From Limnohabitans sp. (GTDB lineage: Bacteria > Pseudomonadota > Gammaproteobacteria > Burkholderiales > Burkholderiaceae_C), in NCBI GenBank assembly GCA_023260735.1, contig JALQUL010000262.1:1-28877 (forward strand): DNA of 28,877 nt. The letters are read 5' to 3'. Below, piece by piece: positions 1-8,468 of this stretch. Position 1 is the stretch's first letter; the number at the start of each line of letters is the position of its first letter. The position numbers and the translations under genes are program-made. Below the pieces are notes generated by a model. It made no database searches, was not told where the DNA came from, and worked only from the letters and a program-made list of their open reading frames with translations.

Positions 1-1
1 A

Positions 2-1333
2 GCATTGCCCTTTATTATGCCTAGCTACCAATGTCTTTCGACTCCTTTTTATGGTGTTGGTCTCAAAGTTTACGACATGTTGGCTGGCAAAAGGGGCTTA
101 GGATCTACACAAATGGCCAGCAGCAGTCAAACTTTAAAAATGGCTTCTTCATTAAAAAGTGCTGGTTTAAAAGGTGGTGTGGTGTATTGGGATGGTCAAT
201 TCGATGATGCCCGTTTAGCCTTGGCATTGGCAAGAACCGCTCAGCAAAATGGGGCTTTATTACTTAATTATTGTGCAGTAGAAAATTTGCAAAGCCAAGA
301 CACACAGTCAGCCGCTTTACAATCATTAAAAGTAAAAGATCAATTCACCGGCCAAACCTTTGAAGTTCAAGCCAAATGTTTTGTCAATGCCACAGGTGTT
401 TGGGTAGATGACATTAGAAACATGGATGCCAATGCGCAATCAAGCCAAGGCAATCAGGGTGGCATTGCAAAAACAGTAGAACCTATGGTGCAGGCGAGCC
501 AGGGAATTCATTTAGTGGTTGATCGATCTTTTTGGCCACATGACCATGCTTTAATTGTGCCAAAAACCTCCGATGGTAGGGTTTTATTTGTGATTCCTTG
601 GTTAGGCAAAACCATATTGGGCACCACCGATACTGCTAGGGCAGATGCACCACTAGAGCCTAGGCCTTTAAATTCTGAAGTAGAGTTTATTTTGCATCAT
701 GCAGAAATTTATTTAAATAATGCGCCCAAAGCAAAAGATGTATTGTCAAGTTGGGTGGGGTTGCGTCCCTTAGTGAAGCCCCCTAGCACAGCCGATCAAG
801 CCACTAAGAGTGTCAGTCGTGAACACACTATTATAAAAAGTGATTCAGGTTTAGTGACGGTTACTGGTGGCAAATGGACCACCTACCGTGCCATGGCCGA
901 CGATACTTTAGCGTTTATAAGCAAACATGGTTTATTACCTTATACCCCCCTACCCAAAAATGGCTTGAGTCAAAATTTTGCTTTGGTGGGTGCACAAGGA
1001 AATACCGTTAGCACTCAAAAAATAACACAAGCACAAGGGCCCCATATTTATGGCAATGAAGCCAATTTTGTGGCGCAATTACCTGGCGCAGATATTGTGT
1101 TGCACGAAAAAATTACCGAAGCCATGGTGCGCTTTGCAGTGAGATATGAATACGCATGTACCGTTGAGGATGTACTGGCAAGGCGCTTTAGATTTTTATT
1201 TACCGATGCACAAACAGCCAAACAGTTAGCTCCTCAAGTGGCAGAAATTTTATTGCAGGAGGGAATTCAAAATCCGCAAACAGAGGCGTTTATTGAGTTG
1301 TGCAATACTTATTTAACACTTTCTCAAGCCTAA
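2..1333 (+). CDS. glpD: FAD-dependent glycerol-3-phosphate dehydrogenase/oxidase, 5'-truncated by the window edge
   Basis: Frame is open from the window start. GlpD motifs: GLKVYDMLAG, YWDGQFDDARL, VNATGVWVD, SQGIHLV, PKTSDGRVLF, GTTDT, SWVGLRPL, GGKWTTYRAMA, EDVLARR. The N-terminal FAD-binding GxGxxG lies upstream of the window. Confidence 0.92.
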   Translation, partial: ALPFIMPSYQCLSTPFYGVGLKVYDMLAGKRGLGSTQMASSSQTLKMASSLKSAGLKGGVVYWDGQFDDARLALALARTAQQNGALLLNYCAVENLQSQDTQSAALQSLKVKDQFTGQTFEVQAKCFVNATGVWVDDIRNMDANAQSSQGNQGGIAKTVEPMVQASQGIHLVVDRSFWPHDHALIVPKTSDGRVLFVIPWLGKTILGTTDTARADAPLEPRPLNSEVEFILHHAEIYLNNAPKAKDVLSSWVGLRPLVKPPSTADQATKSVSREHTIIKSDSGLVTVTGGKWTTYRAMADDTLAFISKHGLLPYTPLPKNGLSQNFALVGAQGNTVSTQKITQAQGPHIYGNEANFVAQLPGADIVLHEKITEAMVRFAVRYEYACTVEDVLARRFRFLFTDAQTAKQLAPQVAEILLQEGIQNPQTEAFIELCNTYLTLSQA

Positions 1334-1362
1334 AATACGGGCTAAAAAAAAGTTCAACCCAT

Positions 1363-1393
1363 AAAAAAGGAGCAGTCAAAAGCTCCTTTTTTT
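1363..1393. terminator. Bidirectional intrinsic terminator between convergent glpD and hemW
   Basis: aaaaaaGGAGC-agtcaaaa-GCTCCttttttt: GC-rich stem with A-tract before and T-tract after. Confidence 0.8.
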
Positions 1394-1412
1394 ATTTCGA
1401 TCCATTCAATCT

Positions 1413-2705
1413 TTATAAAAATAATTGCTGTAAATCATTTAAAAAATTAATCCCATGCGGAGTCGCTTTTATTTGATGCAAGTCATCAATTAACAAGCCT
1501 TTTTGAATGCCTTGAGCAAGGCCTTTTTGAATGCTTGAAATTGGCAACCCAGTACGTTCTAAAAATTGCACTACAGTTACCCCTTCAATTAGGCGCAGGC
1601 CATTGAGCATAAATTCAAAAGGTAAATCGGCTCTTTTAATTTCTGACTCTTGAGCAATGGCGTTTCCAGCCAAGGCTTTTTCGATGTATAGAAGGGGGTC
1701 ACGAGTTTTATTTTGCCTAATAATACGATGGGCAAAACTAATCTTGCCATGGGCTCCGGCACCAATACCTAAATAATCACCAAATTGCCAATAATTTACA
1801 TTGTGCCAACACTGATGGCCTTTGCGACTAAAGGCAGAAATCTCATAACGCTTTAACTCATGACTAGCGGTACGCTCTTCAATGAGGTCTAGCATAGAGT
1901 AGGCGGTGTCTTCATCGGGCACTACCGGCGGGTATTTTGCAAATACCGTGTTGGGCTCTAGAGTTAGTTGGTAAATTGATAAGTGAGGTGGCTGAAAACT
2001 GAGCGCTGTGTTGAGATCGGCTTCAAGTTGTTCTATGGTTTGCTGTGGCAATGCATACATTAAATCAAGATTGTAGGTCTTAAAAGTGGCCGCTGCTTCT
2101 TGTAAGGCAAGATGGGCTTGCTCTGCAGAGTGCACACGCCCTAAGGCCTGCAAATGAGCGTCATCAAAGCTCTGAACACCTACAGACAATCTCGTTACAC
2201 CAGCATTTTTAAATGCCCTAAATCGATCTTTTTCGAAAGTGCCAGGGTTTGCTTCTAGCGTTATTTCACACTCAGCGACCAAAGGCAAGAGGCTACGAAT
2301 TTGGCTTAGCAAAGACTCAATTGATTCTGGACTAAATAAGCTGGGAGTACCGCCCCCTATAAAAATACTTTGCACCGGACGTCCCCAAATGAGAGGCAGG
2401 GCCGATTGCAAATCTGCTATTAAGGCCACTATGTATTGTTGCTCTAGGGCGATGGGTAAGTGTAGATGTTGAGCAGGTGTTGTACTGCTTAAGTCAGTAT
2501 TTAAATGAGTGCTTGAACTAGTCGCATGAATGCTGGAGTGCACCTTGATTTGGCTAGGTCGGTTAATGACTTCATGCGAATTAAAATCGCAATAAGGACA
2601 TTTTTTTAAGCACCAAGGTAAATGAATATATAGCGATAAAGGGGGCAACGAAGTAAGTGATAAAGTGCCTGCCCTCATGTAATGCGTGATGTCTTGCATT
2701 GCCAT
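1413..2705 (-). CDS. hemW: Radical SAM heme chaperone HemW (HemN-like)
   Basis: YIHLPWCLKKCPYCDFNS (CxxxCxxC), IFIGGGTPS, EITLEANP, RLSVGVQSF, NLDLMYALP, and the HemW hallmark HNVNYW followed by DYLGIGAGAHG. Adjacent to rdgB, as is typical. Confidence 0.92.
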   Translation of the reverse strand: MAMQDITHYMRAGTLSLTSLPPLSLYIHLPWCLKKCPYCDFNSHEVINRPSQIKVHSSIHATSSSTHLNTDLSSTTPAQHLHLPIALEQQYIVALIADLQSALPLIWGRPVQSIFIGGGTPSLFSPESIESLLSQIRSLLPLVAECEITLEANPGTFEKDRFRAFKNAGVTRLSVGVQSFDDAHLQALGRVHSAEQAHLALQEAAATFKTYNLDLMYALPQQTIEQLEADLNTALSFQPPHLSIYQLTLEPNTVFAKYPPVVPDEDTAYSMLDLIEERTASHELKRYEISAFSRKGHQCWHNVNYWQFGDYLGIGAGAHGKISFAHRIIRQNKTRDPLLYIEKALAGNAIAQESEIKRADLPFEFMLNGLRLIEGVTVVQFLERTGLPISSIQKGLAQGIQKGLLIDDLHQIKATPHGINFLNDLQQLFL

Positions 2706-2708
2706 GTT

Positions 2709-3317
2709 TTATAACCAACGTTCTTTTAACATCGTCAGCATGAGTCGGGCGGCTTGCCCTCTGTGGCTGAGTCGATTTTTATCCTCGGGGCTCATTTGTG
2801 CAAAGGTTTTACCCTCTGACTCGATCCACATAATAGGGTCAAAACCAAAACCTCCCTCACCAATTGGAGCTGGAGTAATAACGCCAGTGGCCCTACCTAC
2901 TGCAATTAAAGGCTCTGGGTCTTGGGCATGACGAACGGCGACTAAAGTGCTAACCAAGGCAGCACGGCGATTACTAATGCCTTGCATATTGTTTAGCAAC
3001 GCAGTCACATTATTGGCGTCACCTTTGGTCATGCCAAATTGAGTGGCGTAATAAGCGGTATCAACACCAGGCAGGCCATTAAAAGCATCTACACATAAAC
3101 CAGCATCGTCGGCAATAGCGGGTAGTCCACTGGCCAAAGCGGCATGCCTGGCTTTAGCGAGGGCATTTTCTACAAAGGTAAAAAATGGTTCGGCAGCTTC
3201 GGTGATTTGAAGATCAGATTGTTTGATTAGGGTAATGCCAAGAGGTTCAAATAATTGACCCAATTCAACTAGTTTACCAGCATTATTAGAGGCTAAAACA
3301 ATTTTAGTAAGCGACAT
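2709..3317 (-). CDS. rdgB: dITP/XTP pyrophosphatase (Ham1/RdgB family)
   Basis: VLASNNAGKL, ENALAKA, ADDAGLCVDAFNGLPGV, GFGFDPI, KNRLSHRGQA. Located in the rph-rdgB-hemW cluster. Confidence 0.95.
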   Translation of the reverse strand: MSLTKIVLASNNAGKLVELGQLFEPLGITLIKQSDLQITEAAEPFFTFVENALAKARHAALASGLPAIADDAGLCVDAFNGLPGVDTAYYATQFGMTKGDANNVTALLNNMQGISNRRAALVSTLVAVRHAQDPEPLIAVGRATGVITPAPIGEGGFGFDPIMWIESEGKTFAQMSPEDKNRLSHRGQAARLMLTMLKERWL

Positions 3318-3321
3318 AATC

Positions 3322-4071
3322 TTAAGCAGAAGTGTTATGAGTAGATAAAGCTAAAGCTTGGGTTTGGAGCTGGCATAACTGGCCAATACCGGTGCTTGCT
3401 AAATCTAATAATTGATTCAGTTCTGGGCGGGTAAAAGCCAGTCCTTCTGCTGTGCCTTGTACTTCTACAAAATGGCCGCTACCAGTCATGACCACATTCA
3501 TGTCGGTGTCACAGGCGGAGTCTTCAACATATTCTAAATCTAACAAGGCTTGGCCATTTAGGATTCCAACAGAAACAGCTGCAATTGAGTCTTTAATGGG
3601 TGAGCTAGCTAATAAACCTTTCGCCATTAAAAAAGCCACCGCATCTTGAAGCGCTACATAGGCGCCTGTAATGGCTGCCGTACGAGTGCCGCCATCAGCT
3701 TGTAAAACATCACAGTCAATTGCAATTGTGCGTTCGCCTAAAGCTTTTAAATCGACAATTGCTCTTAATGAGCGACCAATTAAACGTTGAATTTCTTGGG
3801 TACGCCCACTTTGTTTGCCTTTGGCAGCTTCGCGGTCTGAGCGAGTATGAGTGGCACGGGGCAACATACCGTATTCGGCCGTTACCCAGCCCTCGCCGCT
3901 GCCGCGTTTGTGTGGCGGTACGCGTTCTTCTACAGAAGCCGTGCATAAAACTTTGGTATTACCAAAAGCAATCAGAACTGACCCTTCTGCATGAATAGTG
4001 TAGCCACGGATCATTTGAATGGGGCGTAATTGTGTAGCTAGGCGGCCTTCTGGTCGATTGGAAATAGTCAT
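3322..4071 (-). CDS. rph: Ribonuclease PH
   Basis: [88 protein letters not shown]. Confidence 0.97.
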   Translation of the reverse strand: MTISNRPEGRLATQLRPIQMIRGYTIHAEGSVLIAFGNTKVLCTASVEERVPPHKRGSGEGWVTAEYGMLPRATHTRSDREAAKGKQSGRTQEIQRLIGRSLRAIVDLKALGERTIAIDCDVLQADGGTRTAAITGAYVALQDAVAFLMAKGLLASSPIKDSIAAVSVGILNGQALLDLEYVEDSACDTDMNVVMTGSGHFVEVQGTAEGLAFTRPELNQLLDLASTGIGQLCQLQTQALALSTHNTSA

Positions 4072-4107
4072 ATTAATTTTAAAAATAGAAAAGGGAAAAT
4101 GGAAGTC

Positions 4108-5025
4108 TTAGTTAGAGTTGTTGGCTTTTTTAATAGAGGCATTAATAGCCGCAATAGAAGCTTCAATAGAGGATAAACTCATTTCATTCATTTCATCGGT
4201 TGGAATGAGCTTGGTGGCATCGGTAATGGTAGAGGCATATACCCCTTCTGTAAGGGTATGAGTAAAAATAGTAGTCGGGTCATCTAGGCGGTCACTTTGA
4301 TGGTCCCAACTCACTGTTAATACGGTGACATTATCGGAGTGAATACCTGCTCGGCGCAGAGCTAAATCTACCAAAATATTGGAGCTTTTTGCAATGGGTT
4401 GTTCCCATAACTCATCCACAATTTCTTCGTCGGTGACAGGACCCCATAAACCATCTGAGCATAATAAAATTTTATCGCCTTCTTGTAATTCAATGGCCTC
4501 AGAAACCGAAAATAAAGGGTCCACTGGCGAGCCTAAACAGGTAAATAAAACGTTTCTATTAATGTCTTTTTCACGCGCTTGTGGCGACAGCAAATGGGGT
4601 TGTTCGGCATAAGAGTGATCTCGGGTGCGGCTCCACAAAACACCGTTTCGAATTAAATAAAGTCGTGAGTCACCACAATGAATGGTGGTGAGCCAACCGT
4701 CCACAATGGTACAGGCTACAAATGTAGTGCGAGGGCCCACAGGCATACCTTTGTTATTGGCATAACGTAAAATTTCACGGTGTGCATATAACAAAGCTGC
4801 TTCTAAAAAATGGGTGGCCTCGGTTTGATTGCGAAGCGGTCTTTTTTGAAATAAATTAGAAGACGATTGCAAAGCAATTTGAGCTGCTACCTCGCCCTCT
4901 GGATGACCACCCATGCCGTCAGCCACTGCAAAAAATGCAGATTCACGATTAAAAGAATAACCCATTCGATCTTGATTATTAGACCGGCCACCTTTGCGAC
5001 TGAGTTGAAAAACTGAAAATTTCAT
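4108..5025 (-). CDS. PP2C/PPM-family Ser/Thr protein phosphatase
   Basis: RSNNQD, FAVADGMGGH, HCGDSRLY, TRDHS, LLCSDGLW and SDNVT metal-binding motifs. Confidence 0.92.
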   Translation of the reverse strand: MKFSVFQLSRKGGRSNNQDRMGYSFNRESAFFAVADGMGGHPEGEVAAQIALQSSSNLFQKRPLRNQTEATHFLEAALLYAHREILRYANNKGMPVGPRTTFVACTIVDGWLTTIHCGDSRLYLIRNGVLWSRTRDHSYAEQPHLLSPQAREKDINRNVLFTCLGSPVDPLFSVSEAIELQEGDKILLCSDGLWGPVTDEEIVDELWEQPIAKSSNILVDLALRRAGIHSDNVTVLTVSWDHQSDRLDDPTTIFTHTLTEGVYASTITDATKLIPTDEMNEMSLSSIEASIAAINASIKKANNSN

Positions 5026-5082
5026 AGGGTATGTGGCTGATTAAGCTTAAACAAATGAGATATAAAGAGGCCGTATTAAAAT

Positions 5083-6012
5083 TTATCGAATGGGTTGTGT
5101 GGAGTTTTTTTGATTGATATGGGCTGGAGTAGAGCCCGACATCAAATGCTTTTGAACCAAATGTACCGATTGAGGTCTCTCCATATAATCAAGCGATAAA
5201 CACCAAGCTACCAATTGCCGCATAGGTGTTGAATATTCTGATTTTAATTTCGCCAAGGCAGTAATGAGATTGTCATTCTCTTTGCGTTTAATTGCGTCTT
5301 GAGGCGGGTAACCCGTCATACAAGAAAAAATACAAGCACCAATTGCATAGATATCGGTCCAAGGGCCTAAAGAACCTAGTTTGTCGTACATTTCAGGGGC
5401 TGCAAAACCAGGTGTGTACATAGGTCTTACAAAACTACCATCTTTGTTAATGACTTCACGGGCGGCACCAAAATCAATTAAAACAGGTTTATCGTCTTCG
5501 GTAATAAAAACATTAGATGGTTTTAAATCAAGGTGCAACATTTTTTTTTGATGTACAAATCGCAGTCCAGAGAGTAAATCATCAAAAATGGCATGAATTG
5601 TAGCTTCTCGGAAAACATATCGTTTCTTAAGCCCTCTCGCGGTTAAAATAAAGTCTTGTAAGGTATTACCATGTAGGTAATCCATGACCATGTAAACCGT
5701 ACCGTTTTCCTGAAAAAAGTTTTGTACTTGAACTACACTTGGATGATGAACTTGGGCCAAAGCCCTACCTTCTTCAAAAAAACTCTTCATACCCAGCTGG
5801 TATAAGGCAGATTTACCCGCTCTAACTTGCGGTGTGAGTTGGCCCACTTGCCGGTGAACTAAAGATGCAGGCAAGTACTCTTTGAGTGCGTATTGCTTGC
5901 CTTTTGGATCCACGACCAAATAAACCGTCCCAAACCCGCCTTCAGCGAGTCTTCGTACAATCTGATAGCCGCCCACAACACAGTTAAGGGGTAGGGGAAG
6001 AGGTTTAACCAT
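5083..6012 (-). CDS. Hanks-type Ser/Thr protein kinase, soluble, kinase domain only
   Basis: LAEGGFGTVY (G-loop), ALKE, FFEEG (alphaC Glu), HLDLKPSN (catalytic loop), IDFGAA, GFAAPE, TDIYAIG, ERP. No transmembrane segment. Confidence 0.93.
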   Translation of the reverse strand: MVKPLPLPLNCVVGGYQIVRRLAEGGFGTVYLVVDPKGKQYALKEYLPASLVHRQVGQLTPQVRAGKSALYQLGMKSFFEEGRALAQVHHPSVVQVQNFFQENGTVYMVMDYLHGNTLQDFILTARGLKKRYVFREATIHAIFDDLLSGLRFVHQKKMLHLDLKPSNVFITEDDKPVLIDFGAAREVINKDGSFVRPMYTPGFAAPEMYDKLGSLGPWTDIYAIGACIFSCMTGYPPQDAIKRKENDNLITALAKLKSEYSTPMRQLVAWCLSLDYMERPQSVHLVQKHLMSGSTPAHINQKNSTQPIR

Positions 6013-6174
6013 AACGTAGTTTTAAGTTTTTTGGGTTTTTGTTTTTTTATTTGTTGCTTTAACCCATTAATTAACACAAACGAAATGAAACGCTTGCTAG
6101 GCAACCGTTTCATTAACAATACTTGAAAATTAATACAATTTAACTGAGATTTCAATTCTATAAAGAGGTAGATT

Positions 6175-7116
6175 ATGGCAGTTTATAGCATGACAGGTTA
6201 TGCCAGTGCGCAATCTGATTTGTTAAAAGTGGGGGATTTGTCACAAGAGTCACAAAATCAGGCCGTTTTAACAGGTAATAGAGTAGGAATTGAAATTAGG
6301 GCTGTTAACAGTCGATTTTTAGACCTTAATTTTAAACTACCTGAAGAATGTCGCCAAATAGAGCCTTTATTACGTGAACTTGTACAAAAACAATTAAAAC
6401 GAGGCAAAGTAGAACTTAGAGTTTGGCTAGAAGGCGAGAAAAAACAAGGACTTAAAATGCCTCCGGAGTCGGTGTTAAAGTCTTTGGTCAGCATAGAGCA
6501 ACAGTTATTAGGCCAGTTTCCAGAGGCTAAGCGTTTAAGCATTATCGATTTACTTCGTTATTCAGACGCATCTGATGCGAGTCCCATTGACTACGCTCCC
6601 ACGGTTTTAGATTTGTCAGGGCAAGTTTTAGCAGCGCTTAAACAAGCCCGAGCCCAAGAAGGGGAACGTTTAAGTAAAATGCTACAGGACCGTTGTGCCC
6701 AAATTAGGGCATGGGTGGGTACTGCCCAACCTTTGGTAGCGCAAGTTGTAAAAGCCCAAGGTGACCGATTTTTAGAGCGTTGGAAAGAGGCAATGGCCTT
6801 GACTGGGGCGCCTGCTGCTGTCATAGAAGCCAACACCCTTATTCATGAGCGTGCACTTGCAGAGGCCACTGCCTTTGCTATTAGAGTAGATATTGACGAA
6901 GAATTAACTCGTTTAAACTCACATATTGATGAAATTGAAGCTCTACTTGGCAAAGGTGGCGAATTAGGAAAACGTTTAGATTTTTTAATTCAAGAGCTGT
7001 TACGTGAGGCCAATACTTTAGGCTCTAAAGCGGCCAGCTTCGATTTAACCAAAATTGCCGTAGAGTTAAAAGTTCTAATAGAGCAAATGCGCGAACAAGT
7101 ACAAAATCTTGAGTGA
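6175..7116 (+). CDS. yicC: YicC/YloC family endoribonuclease
   Basis: N-terminal SMTGYA, EIRAVNSRFLDL, RGKVE, DIDEELTRLNSH, GKRLDFLIQELLREANTLGSK, EQMREQVQNLE. SD GAGGT upstream. Confidence 0.95.
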   Translation: MAVYSMTGYASAQSDLLKVGDLSQESQNQAVLTGNRVGIEIRAVNSRFLDLNFKLPEECRQIEPLLRELVQKQLKRGKVELRVWLEGEKKQGLKMPPESVLKSLVSIEQQLLGQFPEAKRLSIIDLLRYSDASDASPIDYAPTVLDLSGQVLAALKQARAQEGERLSKMLQDRCAQIRAWVGTAQPLVAQVVKAQGDRFLERWKEAMALTGAPAAVIEANTLIHERALAEATAFAIRVDIDEELTRLNSHIDEIEALLGKGGELGKRLDFLIQELLREANTLGSKAASFDLTKIAVELKVLIEQMREQVQNLE

Positions 7117-7305
7117 TGAGTTGGTATTCAATAACTGATTTTTGTAGCTGACTCAACGCCGAGCATAACCAATTAAAAGTGAGGTAATGCACAATGTGGG
7201 AATGTAGCAGCAAGATGCCAATAAGATTGGTATTAGCAGGTCAGAACAGTTATTAATAGCTAGCGCATTTAATGTTAGAGTTGTGTTATTTTTAGATTAA
7301 ATTTT

Positions 7306-7929
7306 ATGGACTATCCAGGAAACCTTTTTGTGATTGCAGCCCCTAGTGGTGCTGGTAAATCTAGCCTTGTTAACGCCTTAATGGAGGTCGATGGATTGGT
7401 CCAGCCTTCAGTTTCTCACACCACTAGGGCGCCTAGGGGGCAAGAGAAAAATGGCCGTGAATATCATTTTATTAGCAATGCCCAATTTGATGAAATGGTA
7501 GCTAATAATGCTTTTTTAGAATGGGCGCATGTTCATAACAACCGCTACGGCACTTCTAAAAAAGAAATTGAAGCCAAAATAGCCAATGGCACTGATTTAG
7601 TCCTAGAAATTGATTTTCAGGGGGCTATTCAGGTGAAAAAAATATTTACCAATGCCAGCTTAATCTTTATTTTGCCTCCAAGTTGGGAAGAGTTAAAGGC
7701 CAGACTAGAGCGTCGTGGCGAAGATGCCGAAGACGTGATTGAAATGCGTCTTAAAAATGCCGCTATTGAAGTTGCGCAAGCAAAAGAGTTTGATTTTGTT
7801 ATAATCAATGAATTATTTGACCGTGCGCTATTTGATCTTAAAGCTATTGTGCATGCACAACGCCTTAAATTTTTAGCCCAGCGTCGTCGTAGGGCACTCA
7901 CTTTTCAAGCGCTCAATATTGCAGACTAG
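7306..7929 (+). CDS. gmk: Guanylate kinase
   Basis: P-loop [57 protein letters not shown]. Confidence 0.97.
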   Translation: MDYPGNLFVIAAPSGAGKSSLVNALMEVDGLVQPSVSHTTRAPRGQEKNGREYHFISNAQFDEMVANNAFLEWAHVHNNRYGTSKKEIEAKIANGTDLVLEIDFQGAIQVKKIFTNASLIFILPPSWEELKARLERRGEDAEDVIEMRLKNAAIEVAQAKEFDFVIINELFDRALFDLKAIVHAQRLKFLAQRRRRALTFQALNIAD

Positions 7930-8031
7930 TCGGTACTTTTTAAAGCCCAAATATTATCAATTTGAAGCTTTAAAAATTAAAAAGTACCAATACAGTCAAT
8001 TATTACAAGAACCCCAACAGGATTAATCATC

Positions 8032-8235
8032 ATGGCACGTATTACCGTAGAAGACTGCTTACAACGCATTCCTAACCGTTTCCAATTAGTTTTGTGCGCC
8101 ACTTACCGTGCTCGCATGTTAAGCCAAAACCACACACCAAAAATTGAAACCAATAACAAACCAGCAGTTACCGCCCTGCGCGAAATTGCAGCCGGTGAAA
8201 TTGGCCTAGAAATGCTTAAAAAAGTTCCAACCTAA
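8032..8235 (+). CDS. rpoZ: RNA polymerase omega subunit
   Basis: [35 protein letters not shown]. Follows gmk; AGGA SD upstream. Confidence 0.97.
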   Translation: MARITVEDCLQRIPNRFQLVLCATYRARMLSQNHTPKIETNNKPAVTALREIAAGEIGLEMLKKVPT

Positions 8236-8317
8236 TTAGAAATTTAAATTTTTCCATCCAATCTCAAAAGTAACTCACTTTTTTGGGCGGGTAATTGGAT
8301 CAAGTTTTAAAATAAAC

Positions 8318-8349
8318 ATGCCTCAATATAAAAATATGAGGCATTTTTT
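8318..8349 (+). terminator. Intrinsic terminator after rpoZ
   Basis: atgcctca(a)tat-aaaa-atatgaggcat stem with a 1-nt bulge, followed by a T-run. Confidence 0.7.
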
Positions 8350-8468
8350 GTGCAGGCTTCAATAAGTAAAAATAAATGTTTATCTTTTTAAAAAGATGGG
8401 TAACACCAGCTTGCTTTACTTTTATTGTTGAACGAAAAGGTTCAGCAAGGCAGGTGATTCATTTCAAC

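Noticed and set aside
4966-4986. PP2C motif 1 NQD instead of NED
   Set aside because: NQD is common in active bacterial PPM phosphatases, and the metal-binding Asp residues are retained.
5859-6155. 98-aa Lys-rich minus-strand ORF overlapping the kinase 5' end
   Set aside because: It is out of frame over a real gene and runs through an AT-rich promoter spacer, with no recognisable motif.
7025-7213. 62-aa minus-strand ORF across the yicC end and spacer
   Set aside because: It is antisense to yicC, with no homology cue or convincing RBS.
8252-8456. Imperfect inverted repeats at about 8252-8300 and 8404-8456 between rpoZ and the protease stop
   Set aside because: They are irregular, short stems consistent with terminator-like or chance structure; insufficient for an ncRNA or MITE call.
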